From Camelus ferus (taxonomy: Eukaryota): a stretch of DNA of 64,000 nucleotides. A program made the translations under genes and the position numbers. Shown in pieces: positions 38,955 to 51,790 of this stretch. The notes beneath the pieces are model-generated. The model did no database searches. It was not told the origin of the DNA and was given only the letters and a program-made list of their open reading frames with translations. The DNA lies in contig NC_045696.1 in the NCBI RefSeq assembly GCF_009834535.1, positions 88,662,001 through 88,726,000 of the forward strand, given 5' to 3'. Within the stretch, counting starts at the first letter, position 1; each line of letters opens with the position of its first letter.

Positions 38955-40515
38955 TTTACACCATACACAAAAATTAACTGAAAATGGACCACAGACTTAA
39001 ATGTAAGAATCAAAAATATAAGGCTCTTAAAAGACAACATTGGAGTAAATTTGTGATATTGGGTCAGGCAATGGATTCTTAAATACAACAAGAAAAGCAC
39101 ACAAGAGACAAATATATATATTTTTTCCCAATGGACTTCATTAAAATTAAAAACCTTTGTGCTACAAGAAAGTGAAAAAGAAAAAACTCAAAGAATGTAG
39201 AAAATATTTGCAAATTATATATTTGATAAGAGAATTATACCCAAAATATATAAGGAACTCTCATAGCTCAACAATGAAAAGATAAATAACTCAATTTTAA
39301 AATGGGCAAAGGATCTAAATCGACATTTCTCCAAAGAAGCTATGCCATATTCTCTTTGTGTGCTTACTGGAGATACATATATAGGGGGAGAGGGCAGGTA
39401 GAGAAAGGGATTCTCATTACAGAAATGCTTATCAAAATCTCGTTACACATCACTACACACGTTAAATTAGCTAAAGGTAAAAAAAGAAAGAAAGAAAGAA
39501 AGAAATACCAAATCTGGCGAGGACCCAGAGAATGCTGAGAAACTGGTTTTAACATTGCTTAGAGGAAGAGTATGGCAGTTTCTTATAAAACTAAACACGC
39601 ACTTCTTATACGACCTAGAAAAAGCACTCTCAGACATTTACCCCACAGAAAAGAAAACAAAAGAAAACTTATGTTCACACAAAAACCTGTACATAAATGT
39701 TCATAGCGGCTTTATTTGTGTTAGCCAAAAACTGAAAACAAAACAAATGTCCTTCCACCATGGAATACTACACAGCAATAAAAAGGAATGAACTACTGAT
39801 ACACACGACTTGGATGTATCTCAGGGCAATTATACCGAGTGAAGAAAGCCAATCTCAACAACTTAGATATATAATTATTTTAATAAAAATTTTAATTAAT
39901 AAAAAATCATGCATATCAGATTTATGTATTTTTATAAACATCTCTGTGAAGTAGGGAAGCTATCTAGAGTCTGGAGGACAGAGCTGTTGTTTGTCCTCTT
40001 TTCTGTGGTAAATGACTAAGACTTAAACAGTGGTTCCTAAGCCCAGAATGTTTACCAAAAATAAAAGGTAACATACTTCATGGTTCTATTTATGTAATGT
40101 TCTTGAAATGGCAAAGATGGAGAACAGACCAGGGTTGTCAGAAGTTAGGGAGGAGGAAAGAAAAGAAGTAACTGTGGCTAAAAAGAGTAACACAAAGGAG
40201 ACTTATGTTGATGGAACTGTTCTGTATCTTGACAGTGGTGTGATCACACAAATCTATACATGTTATAAAATTGTACAGAATTACACATGCATGCATACAC
40301 ACTCACTCACAAATGAGCACATGTAAAGCCAGTGAAATCTCAATAAGCACTATTATTAGATTATATTAAAGTCAATTTCCTCATTGTGATATTATACTAT
40401 AGTTATACAAGATGTTACTTTTGGGCGAAAATGTATGAAAGGTATATGGGGTATCTCTGTATTATTTCCTACAATTTCTTGTGAATCTACAACTATCTCA
40501 AAATAAAAATCTTTT
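38955..40515 (+). mobile_element. Fragmented L1MC/MD-type 3' region
   Basis: 'aaatgggcaaaggatctaaat', 'ggaatactacacagcaataaaaaggaatgaactact', 3' end 'gtgaatctacaactatctcaaaataaaa'; interrupted at about 39350-39420 and 39860-40070. Confidence 0.8.
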
Positions 40516-41069
40516 AAAAATTCAGGTTAAGGACCCCAAAAGATGGTGAAAAACAGAAAAAGTACAAGAGTGTTTGCAACAGCAGGTTTTAGTACACAAA
40601 AGGTTATTTTCAGATATGTGATAAGTTTTTTTTTTAATATTTGTTCTTACTGTGATTGTGGCATATATTTTACTGCGTCTGACCCTCAGAATTCTAGAGG
40701 TGATGACCAGTACAGAATCTGTGATTGCAAAGCAGAAACTAGCACAAAGTGTATATCAGTTGAGACTGAGGTGAGACTCTATTGAGATCAGATCCCCAAT
40801 TTTAACACTTCACTACAATAAAAAGAAATACTAGAAATACTAGACTGATTACAAACAAAACCTTAACTTTTTTAATGGGAAAGTCAGAATGCTTTATAGT
40901 AGATTAAAAACCAAGGGGAAACTATTCTACAGTTTCAGAATATTCTACAGAATATCAGTGAAATGAAAACATATAGAATATTTAAGATGATTATATGTCC
41001 ATGAGAAAAACATCACAATTAGTTTAGTTTCCATGGGGATGCTGGTCTAAGACACAGGAGCATATTGAA

Positions 41070-41260
41070 TGTCCTGGCAAAGGCTGTTGGCTATCCATCA
41101 AAAACAGATGTTCCCCTATTCAATGGTAATGGTTACCTGGGAAGACTACATTTCCCAGCCTCCACTGCAGCCAGGCATGACCATGTGACTAAGTTTTGGC
41201 CAATGGGATGGAAGGGTATTATGTGGCAGTTTCCTGGCACCTTCCTTAAAAGGTAACTCT
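41070..41260 (+). mobile_element. MaLR LTR 5' fragment (MLT1H/I-like)
   Basis: 'gactacatttcccagcctcc...ccatgtgactaagttttggccaatggg'. Confidence 0.75.
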
Positions 41261-41439
41261 GATCCCTATTGTTTTCTTTTTTTCTTATTTTTTCCTCTTA
41301 GCTCAAGATCCTAGGCTGTGAACACATCCATATCCTCTAGGTTAGTGGAAAGGAAATAAAATACAGGAAAAAGAGGGGCACAGCTAAAAAACAAAATTAA
41401 TTTAAACTAAACCCACTCAAATCCCAACAACAACAATAA

Positions 41440-41590
41440 CAACATCTACTATTTTACTGAGTGCCCTGTATAGACCTAGCATTGTGCTAAATCATTTATT
41501 TTTATCTTCATAATAACCTATAAGGTAAGTATTGTTCTCCAAATTAAAGATGAAGAAGCTGAGGCTCAGAGAGGATAAGGTCCTAGATTC
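41440..41590 (-). mobile_element. MIR relic
   Basis: 'ttttactgagtgcc...gcattgtgctaaa...gatgaagaagctgaggctcagagagg'. Confidence 0.75.
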
Positions 41591-42739
41591 TGAGAAGACA
41601 CAACCCTTAACTCCACTTTTTGCCCAGAGACTCTCTCCACATCCTCTAGTCTGTATCCCAACAAGTGTCAGAAAGATTTCAGGCTGAGATCCCCTTAAAA
41701 GTCTGTTTATGTTTTTATCCATATTCTGTCACTGTGAGTCTCAGAATAAATTCCACTTACATAGAGTGTAAGAATCTGCTTTAAGTTCCACCCATGGAAC
41801 TCAAAAAACGATGTGTGGTAACAGTAATACACTCAGGTCATCCAAACAGTGAACGGCAGAGGAAGGGCTTGAAACCAGGTTTTTCTGGCTCCAAAGCTTG
41901 TACTATGATCTACTTATACACAACTCCTGCTGCTAATATAAACACTGTCCTTTAGAACTTAATTTTAGATGTTTAAAAGTCTAACTTTTAATAATGGCTC
42001 ACACTTCAAAAAAATTAAATTCCATTTCTATAATTTGTGAGAGATGAAATAGGAAGGCCAGGAATAAAACATTTTTTGAGAACTATTACCTAATATTTGG
42101 AGAAATTCTTTTATAGGTATAACTTTTTAAGTATAGCAGAAGCCAAAAACTGCTCTAGAAAAAAAAAAGGAGTGAAGAGGAATCTAAATATTCTTGGCTC
42201 TGGGTTCTATGCCTTTTGAGTCTGAAACATCCAGACAAATATTTAAGCAAAGAAAAACACATATACTTTCAGTTAAATGCTGAGATAGAACTAGGCCACA
42301 TCTCATTTTTCTGTCCCAAAATGCTTAATTTAGAATCAGATTTTTAAAACAATCCTCCACAGGCCAGGTTTGGCCCTTCCAGTTGGCACCTGGACATCAA
42401 ACTCATGACAATCTGGAACAACTGAAAATAGCTCTGGGTATTCAAACTATCATGCAGCAAGGAAGGTCAAATTTGAATTAATGCATTTTAAGACTGAAAA
42501 AAAAAAGTTTTATACAAGCTTTAAAAGAGAACAGGGAAAATAAAGAGAAGAATGACAACTAAGCAGCCAACCCAGCCTACAATCCCATCGGCAGTGAAGT
42601 CGGAGCATGCTCATGGAGTTCACCACTGTCCCCGTCACAAGGCACCTTAGTTCACAGCTGTGTGCTGTGCTGCTCTAACTAAACAGCCATTTCTTGCATC
42701 TGCTACTTATTCTTGTCCAAGAACCTTCGCTGTTTATCC

Positions 42740-43210
42740 ATGTCCTACCGAATGAAGTCTAAATTCCTTTGTCATTAAAAGCCCTTTCTAATTTGAACTC
42801 AACCTACCTTTCCAGCTTTGTTTCCCATTATTCTCCTTCATGGGTCCCTCTATTTGAGCCAAACGGGTCTACTTACTGTTGAAAAGGTAGGCACCTTCCA
42901 GTCCAGCTACCTTTGGTAATGCCACTAGCATCCTTCCTACCTTTCGACCTGGCTGAATCCTTCTCATCTTCAGGGACCAGCTCAAGGCTCGGCTCCTGCA
43001 TGCGTTGTTCCCAACTACCCCAGGATGCATAAAAAGTCTCTCTCCCTCTGAAATCCTAGACCAGTTATTCAATATTCTAAACCACTCATGTGGGACTCAA
43101 CATAAATTCTCTCATGCTAATATTTATCTTATTTCTATGTCTTAAGTCCTCAGATGGATCTGAAGTTCCCTGAGAGAAAGGACTTCAGTCTTCTTTATCA
43201 CTGTATTTTA
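42740..43210 (+). mobile_element. L2 relic
   Basis: 'aagtctaaattcctt...caacctacctttccagc', 'tcttcagggaccagctcaa', 'aagttccctgag'. Confidence 0.65.
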
Positions 43211-45202
43211 TATTACCTCTAACCAGTAACAAATTAACATTACATGAACTTCAGCTAATGGTATTTTAAAGTATCCTTGCAAGAATGCTAAGCAAATTGC
43301 TATTTGTAAGCCAAAGAGGGGAATATATATCATCAGAAAACTTTAATATTTCATTGTTTCCACACTTCATGATACAAGACAATAGTTTCTTTAATCAAAG
43401 TAAAACTAAAGAAGTCCTGATATGTTATCAAGCCAGGAAAGTGTAACTACTGAAGACAAAGCTATTTGCACCTGCTGAAAAAAGCAGCAATAAATTTAAT
43501 TGCAGCAAGTAGGTTTCTCTGCTTGACTCCACATAAAATATGACCCTGCAGTCTATGGAAGAAAAGGATTATAAGAAAGCCTGTTCAAAGACTAATCAAT
43601 GTTTGGGCAGGAAATAATTTTCCTGCCGTTTTAAAAATACTAATCAATTTTTCTTTCAATGTTGTCATTACACACCAGGAATACACAATTGAGTTGTACT
43701 TGCAATCACCATTTCATGTTTAGAGTTTGGCATTCACTCTCCTAATTCTAGAATCAAAGAAAATGATATGACTGTTTATAAAACCACATTACTCTATAAT
43801 CTGACCTCTGATCTGCTGAAGGTAATCTCTATAAAGATAGTTAACGATCGTAGTCATCGTAGTCATCGAGTCCTCCCTGTGAGAATACAGCTGAGTTCTG
43901 GGATAGGGCTTGATAAGCAACCTTCCAAGTTCCCTTTTAAGAAGTGAGCTATCAGGAGAAGAAATACACAGATAAAGGAAGTCTTAGACTCTGGGAATTC
44001 CAGGCTGACTCACAACATGTAGATCCAAATTCCCAAGACCAGACTGCCAAATTGCATTTCTGTCCTGGGTCCACTGGGATAATTCCAGGTTCAAATGCCT
44101 CATAAGCAAATGGTCACAGTAGGCTTTCCTGTGAATTTCAGGAGACTCGGGTAGATTCTTTGGTACCCAATGCAAACTGGGGTTCAACAAAAATTCCCCT
44201 AACTCATTAGACACCTATCTCTCCCCCAGGAGAATTCCAGAAGTAACTCTATTTTGGTGCATTCTTAAAGCCATGCTTTGTAAATATTTTGTGGTGTTTT
44301 CCAAAGGCCCTGCCAAAGGAAACATTTTAAAGTTACCATTAGTAAATGAAGTCAGGAAACACTACTTACCATGTGTTCCTACTAGAGATCACTCATTAGG
44401 AAATGAAATGCTCTGAAAAAAGTCCTTGTAAAAAGAAACCAACCTACTGTTGCTTGAGCCAGCATTTCTCCAGCTCATCTGAAATCCCCTGAAATCTACT
44501 TTTATGGGGCTAGTCCTCTTCATCTCATGATTTTTATGCACTATATGTCTCATTTTTACTACTAAAGAAACTCAAATAGGAAAGATGCATACATTCAGGG
44601 CATATTTTGGGTGTCATTCAGGGAAAGGCCTGCCAAGGAGTCTCCCAAAGTGACATTCATTACTTTGGCAAATTTGCCATAGTATAGGGTCTTCGCAAGT
44701 TCAAAACTGCACAGCAGACCACCAGAGAGATTCCAAATTTCACTAGCAGATCGACAGTAACCATAGTCATAAGCATCACACCAGAATGTCAATTTATTAA
44801 ATTACAATTAACAATAGTCACAGACACACCTAATATTCTAACCTTCAGAACCAACCCATTCCCCTCTCTCTGGGGATTCATTTGGGAAGACAATTTAAAA
44901 AAAGAAAAAAAGATGAGCACACAATGGTGGGGGGGGGGGTAGATGAACTGCATTTTAATGGCATCAGACAAAGAAAGTCTGATGTCCAGTTCATAGTATC
45001 TTGTTTTAACAATAAACTATAACAGCGGGGAACCAAAGATTGTTCTAGGGGAGTGAGAAAATTTACTCCTCTTGAATGTGTAGCAGCCCTGAACCTCTTC
45101 TGTCCATTCCTAGAGATGGGCAGTTGCTGTCTTTCCAATCTTTCCGAAAGTGTGAGGGAAAGTATATATTAGAAAGCTGAATTAATTTTTATGACCTGTG
45201 TC

Positions 45203-45463
45203 CTAGAATCTGAGCAAAAACAGTGAGTTTGCTACGCAAACACAGCTCCAAAATAGGTCTCCCAAAACTGATCTCCCTTTTAATCCATGAGCTTCCCGAC
45301 ACAGAACATCTGGAGCTCCTTCTGTATCATAATCCTCAGCATCCACTGGCGACTCTTGCCCGAACTCCATCTCCTTACTAGGGATGGCCTCATCAAAGGC
45401 ATGCACATTAGGTCTATTTCTATGGCTGTCTGTCTCCAAAACAGTAATTTGGTCATTTTCCAT
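45203..45463 (-). other. Candidate exon or small ORF of unknown product (86 aa)
   Basis: Possible acceptor ttgttttctaaag 6 nt upstream of the ATG, strong Kozak AAACATGG, acidic ORF; no homology recognised. Confidence 0.25.
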
Positions 45464-46179
45464 GTTTACCTTTAGAAAACAAGTTTTTTTCTTTTTAATG
45501 TCTATTTAAGGATTGAAATGAATTCAATTGCACATGTTCTATTTCGTTCACACAGTATTTTTTTTTTAATTGGAAAATGTCACAGTCAAAAAAAAAAAAA
45601 AAAAAATCCAGGTTTCCAGTTCCTCCTAACAAACCCGAAGGATTTAGCCACACGAGACAAGGACATGGCTGAACGCAACACGACAAAAACAGGCTGAAGT
45701 AGAACACAGCTCTTCCTTACACAGGTCATGCCTCCTCTGATGTCCACCCTGACTGCTCCCCATTCCCTGTGGTCTTCACGGCCGCTCTTGATGGATATTT
45801 ACACGTGCCAGCCCCTGCTAGATCCACCAGGGGTTAATTTTACAATGTAATTCACAGAGACCAATCTTATTGCACACTTTTTTCAAGTTCTTAAGGGTGA
45901 GTTCATTGCATGGCCCAAGTTTTCCTCGTATAATTTGCCATTCCCTCTGTTCCTCTATAACCCTGAAAGGAAGACAGGAAGGCAGCCAGCCAGCCTAGGA
46001 GTTTAAGGCAAAAGGAATCCTGGAATCCATTGATTGGATCCCTTAACCTGTGAGCAGAGGTTAATCAAAAAGGATCCACCATGTAGTACGTGAAATCTCC
46101 TCTTTGCAACTCATTTCTAGTTTTCACTCTTCCATTTCTATTCCATGAAGCTTTCGATAAACACCTTCCTACCTTATCC

Positions 46180-46345
46180 CAGGAACTAACTACATTTGCA
46201 GAGCCCAGGGTAAAATGAAAATTCAGGACCCCCTTTTCAGAATTATTAAGAATTTCAAGATAGTGTCAGCAGAGCCCAAGTACATGGCCCTTCTAAACGT
46301 GGGAAGCTGCAACCACACAGGTCACGTGCCCCTGAAGCAGCCCTG
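46180..46345 (+). mobile_element. MER45A-like hAT-Tip100 MITE
   Basis: cagg...'aaaatgaaaa...aattattaagaatttcaaga...cagcagagc...cacaggtcac...gaagcagccctg' matches recalled MER45A, with CAGG/CCTG ends. Confidence 0.8.
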
Positions 46346-47537
46346 TCCACTCCCTTCATTTTAACCAAGCTCTCCAATCTGTTCTTCTGGCCTCCGAAGG
46401 TCCTGCCTTTGGCTGGGCAATCTGAACTTGACCTCATTTGCTTCTGCCTCTGTTTCCTGCAACAAGGACAAACATTCCTTTTCCTGGCACAAAGACTGGC
46501 CTTCTTGACAAGATGTACAGCGTAGCATTTACATTTATGTGGTCTATGACCCCAGTGCCATTCAATGAATAGGCATCAAAAAAAAAAAAAAAAAAAAGTC
46601 AAGCACTTAAGGTCCAAATGAAATGTCATTTTGTTAGACTTCCTTCTTTACATGCACAACTGTACCTTGACAATAACAGGGGCTTGAAGTCAAGGAATTT
46701 ATCACCTATATAATTTATATGCTTAAAACAGTATTATTTTAATTTATCTTTTTTATTCCTTCCTTCTTTCACCATTCAACCACTAGACCCAGATGGTCCT
46801 GAGTAACGTTTTCCAAAACACAGCACACATACAAGAGAAATTTTTAGATGGCATGAGGATCATTTTTTATACTTAGTTACTTACTTCAAAGAGAACTGGA
46901 AACAATACAATGAAACAAGTATATAATAAACAATCTGAACAAATATAATGAGCAATGTAATGAAATCAACCTGTGAGCTCACAGTTATTACCTTTTTTAA
47001 GTATATGTAGGTAAAATAAAGTCAATTTAATGAAAAAATATTAAGGTAATAACAGTAGGGACGGTAATCCAAAAGGAAAAGTGTCAAGATGGAACTCAAA
47101 TAATTTAATGTAGAAAATACTGCCTTAGATTGCAGGGTAAGAGAACTCTGATTCTTAAGATGAAATGAGCTATTGTGTCTTCTTCCTTCAGTGGAGTGAA
47201 GGTCTCTTTAAGAAGAGCTGTGGAATACCAATTTGCACTTAAAGGACATGATTTAGGGACTCCATAATCCTTAGCAAATGAGACTGGGAATAATCCACTA
47301 AGAGGTCAAAGCCTAAGAAACCTAAAAATGCTTGGAATGTACATGGTAATAGCTAAGAGTGCTTCATTGACTAAAGCTGGGCTGACCAGAGGAGTCCATT
47401 CAGAAAGCACAGAAGTCCAACCTCCACTAAGCTACTCTACTTTCCATGCACGAGGCAGATGCTACAGGGACACGTGCTGCACCACGACACTAGCATTCCA
47501 GGGCTGGCCCTGTCACGGGGAGTCATGTGACCATGAG

Positions 47538-47900
47538 TGCTATGGAGGGAATGTCTGTGCCTCCTCAAAATTCTTATGCTGAAGTCCTAACAAACTCCAG
47601 TGTGATGATATTTGGAGATGAAGTCTTTGGGAAGTAGTTTTAGACGAAGTCAAGAGGGTGGAGCCCCTATGGTTAAGATTAGTGTCCTTATAAGAGGAGG
47701 AGGAGAGACCCAGGCTTCCTCTCTCTCTGCCATATGAGGATACAGCAAGAAGGTAGCCATCTGCAATCAGGAAGAAAGCCCTCAGCAGACACCGGGTCTA
47801 CTGGCACCTTGATCTTGGGACTTCCCAACCTCCAGAACTGTGAGAAATAAATCTCTGGTGTTTAAGTACCTTGTTACCACAGCCCAAACTGACTTAATAC
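47538..47900 (+). mobile_element. MaLR solo LTR (MLT1A-like)
   Basis: 'tgctatgg...cctcaaaattcttatgctgaagtccta', 'cctccagaactgtgagaaataaat'. Confidence 0.88.
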
Positions 47901-48104
47901 CTGAAGACATAAAGCAACTCACTTAGCTTCTTTGCACCTGTGGATCACAGATACAAAAATCTGAGAGTTGAAAAAAACTCAACTTAGCCCCTGTCTTTCA
48001 CAAATTATGAAAAGCAGGTTAAATAACTTGCTCAAAGGCACACACTTTCTTGCTAGAGAGCCACAAGATCAGTACTAGAGCAGAGACTCTGAGTAGTCGG
48101 GCCA

Positions 48105-48475
48105 GCATTCCAGGCCTCTGCCAGGCTGTCTCCTCTGCCTAGAATGCCCCTCCACACCACCCCTTTCTGTCTCTCTGAACTACATCATTATCTCAAGGCC
48201 CAGTTCAATGACATCTCTGAGAAGCATTGCCTGGCCTGGGCTTCCTCGCCTTATCAGGCAGAATGCTGACTGTTCTCCTCCATCTTCATAATCCACAGCT
48301 GTGTATCCATTCAGAGAGTAAAACATTTCACCATATTGTACTCTGGTTAGTTAAGTTGTCATCCCTTCTCAATACGGTGTGAACTCTTTAAATAAAATGA
48401 AGACTTATTCATCTTTATATCTTTAATATTCCGTAAAGCCTGCTGCACAGAAGGTACTCCATAAATAAATGTAGA
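48105..48475 (+). mobile_element. L2 relic
   Basis: 'ctcctctgcctagaatgccc', 'tcaaggcccagttcaa', 'aggtactccataaat'. Confidence 0.65.
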
Positions 48476-48659
48476 TTAATTTATACCTGATCTATATGAA
48501 AGTAGTATATTTCAAACCCCAACCAATAGAAGAACTAGTGACTACCATTAACTACATAAATATTACTTGTAGAACAAAAAAAAAGTACCTTCTTAGCACC
48601 ATTTCCCAGCCAGGGATCACTAGGAGTTAAGGAGAGACTGCCAACATTGGCTTGGAACA

Positions 48660-48840
48660 TGTCAGGCATTCTGCTAAGTGCTGTGGATTTAATCTTCACA
48701 ACAACCTATCGATTTAAGTACTAATGTATCCATTTTACTGATGAGAAAACCAAACCTCAAAGAGCTTAAGCTTCATTAAAATAATACAGGTGGTAAATAA
48801 GACAGAGCTGGGACTCAAATATAGACCTCTTATACCTCTG
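48660..48840 (-). mobile_element. MIR relic
   Basis: 'caggcattctgctaagtgct...ttaatcttcacaacaacc...cattttactgatgagaaaac'. Confidence 0.8.
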
Positions 48841-51218
48841 CTCATTGCTTCATGCAGATGCTAAGCTTCTCACAAACAGCCTGTCTGACCCTAGAAGGTG
48901 GCCTAACAGATTATTGGTGGAAAAAACCAAAATACAAAATCAGTTCCCATGAACTAAGCAATGCAGAAGGCCTTAGTCACCTGGCCCTCATCCTTTCCAC
49001 ACCAGGCTTTGTGTAGCAGGGGTCACGATAGCTTGCTTAGATTAACTTGAAATAATATTTTAAACAGAATGTCTTATTACGTAATTTTGAGCTGTTTAAT
49101 TCCACTCAAATTAGATCGCGATACTGAGGTATCATAAAGGACTACTCCAAAAAGCAAATATATATAAACAAAGCCTCTACTGCTATCAACTCATATTTGA
49201 ACCACACCTAATACTGCCTTGCCACCAACTCATCACTGATTTTTATTAAAAAGTTAATTCAGACCCCACACAGGTTTATATTAAATCATGTGGCCACTAA
49301 TGAAAACCTGGATTCTTCCTGGCAACATAAGAACCACGTTTAAACAAGTGCATTCTGATGCATCTAATATCAAACCCTCTTGGGTGCTGTCCAAGGTAGG
49401 TGCAGGCTACAGCTGGTACAGTTCAACTGAATACTATCCCCAACACCTAACATGTTCCTGGCATGGAATAGGAATTTGGAAAACGTTTTATTGATTTATA
49501 ATCTGTGCTAAAGTGGGCAATTAGAAAGCTTCTTTAAATAGTTCTTAAATACTCTTAGGTTTGCTACCACTGTAACCTTATGCATATTTACAAGTAGCAA
49601 ACTTAAGGCTATTTTTAAACGATTTAAACTAGTTTTGAAATTGCGGAAGAAAATATAACATCAAGATTCATCAGGAAAAAAAATATCTGGAGTATAATTT
49701 TTAGGTCTTAATTTCCCCACTGCAGAATGTGCAATTGGAGACTGAGGACAGAATTTCACCTATCAATCTTACGTGGATCTTGAGGCCAGAAAAATTCATC
49801 AATCAATGCAAAGACCTTAGAGTCTAATTTTCAGAGCAACAAAGGTTTGAATCATTATTTGACTTGTTTCTCTTCTATGTGAATCCAAACTTTTCTAATC
49901 CATTTGGAACACAAAATACTAAACTTGCAGGGTGGCATAGCAGTACACAAAATCCTCTCACTCCCAGGAAAAAGTTTATAAATGACTTCCCTTCAGGGCT
50001 TTATCCTACCTCAAAAATATGTCTTCACAGGAAAATTTATATGGCTTTTCTTTCTGATCTAGTATCAGATTGTGATTTAAAGCTCAGATTCAGTCCTCCC
50101 TCGGGAAGGTTACTGGGGGATTAAATAAGCTAGTCTCTAAATCATATGGATCACGGCTATCTCAGAGTTGACAAACAGCAGCTATGACAATGACCAAAAG
50201 GATAATCAGGATGAGAATGATGATGAGAACAGAAGTTTCATTTTAAATTAATCTAAAAACCATTGTATTCAAAAGAAATGCTTAAACAGAGAGTAAGCTC
50301 AGCTCACAAAGCCAAGATTCATCACACCAAGCTTGTAAAATCCCTTCTTGTTTTCTCCACTGCCCTAGGGATTTCAGTCCTGTTAATGTGAGAGGCCAAT
50401 CCACCTGAGTTTCCCAGGGCTGAGAAGCAGCGGTCAGCCTGCACCTTAGCAAGTTGAGGTGCAGAATGTGTGAAGGACACCTTAATGTGTTAAGGAACAG
50501 GCCAGGAAAGGGGTGCCAATGGGACCCAAGCTTGAGATTTTCTGCTGTCTTTAATGAACTGGAAAATATCTGTATGTTCATCCTGTACCTCCCACCCCTT
50601 GATAAACCAAAGCTACTGCTCCCTTAATAACTCTACCTCCCAAGCCCCTCTTAACGCTCAACCGTAACTCTGCCAGCTGACAAGCAGAGCTGACAGGCTA
50701 CAAATGAAATCCTGTTCCAGCCTGTCTACCTGCAGGATGCAAAGGGAGGCAGGAGGGGAACAGAAGGCCCCTGATAAGGGATGATCAGCCATTTTTTAAA
50801 GGTAGATGGAAAAGGGTAAACTGCATCTGATGTCCACTTAGACAAAGGAAAGCAAAAGAGCCCCCCTCTCTGGTCATTGAGTTAGTTGTCTGGCAGCCTC
50901 CTTAACCACAGTTTTGCCTTGTTTCAATCACAAGAATATGAAAGGAAGGAGAGTCTAAGACAAGTCAGAGATGGGGCAAAGCCTGGAAATGCCACTTCTA
51001 ACAGCTATCTGTGGACTGAGAAGTCAGGCGAGTCAATGCCAGGTGTCCTCCCCTCTCATCCCATTCACTCGTGTATGTATTACACATTAATTGACCACTT
51101 ACGGATGCCAGATACCACAAAAGCTATTAAGGATACAGAGATAAAGAGCTGTGTCCCTGTCGTCCAGGAGATGGGTGGAGTTTTGATAAATCAAAACAAG
51201 GAGGGAGGGCATTCTGGT

Positions 51219-51221
<3 letters not shown>

Positions 51222-51250
<29 letters not shown>
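51222..51250. repeat. (CA)n microsatellite
   Basis: Directly visible. Confidence 0.97.
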
Positions 51251-51539
51251 ACTGATAGAGAAAGTAACACATACAAAGGGAGGCAGCAAGTGCACAGCAT
51301 GTTCCAGATGACTGAGGAGACCAGTGTCTTCTATTGCTCACTCTTCCTGGGCCAGTAAATGACAACAGGTATCATGTTCTTACTGTGTGATAACTTGCCC
51401 TGGAATTACTTTTCTTGAGGTCAGAAGGGGTTAATCTAAGGAAATAATGCAGGAGACTCAAGAGCTATGGTTGGGCAGAGCACATAGGTTGGCCAATATC
51501 GTACATCCCAGATATGAAAATGGCTCACTGCCTACCAAA

Positions 51540-51790
51540 AACTGCAATCCTTACACAGCTCCAGCCACACTTGGTAGCTCTTTTCTACATGCTGGATTTT
51601 CTCCCTAGTACCCATCACTATCTAACCTACCTTACTTTTTCCCCCCTTATTTATCTATTTATTGTCTACTTCACACACCAGAGGATAAGGGATTTTTCTT
51701 ATTTTATCACCATTGCATCCCTATCACCCATAAAAGTGCTTGGATATGCCACATAGCAGGCACTTAACAAGTGCCTGCTGAATGCATGCT
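51540..51790 (+). mobile_element. L2 3' relic
   Basis: 'tatttattgtctac', 'cacatagcaggcacttaacaag...gctgaatg'. Confidence 0.7.

Noticed and set aside
44365..44425. Consensus minus-strand donor ATG|gtaagt with a nearby acceptor
   Set aside because: It appears to sit in a decayed DNA-transposon-like sequence and gives only a short, stop-rich interval.
50886..51311. Longest ORF (141 aa)
   Set aside because: Non-ATG start, and it spans an L2-like relic and a (CA)n microsatellite (THTHTH).
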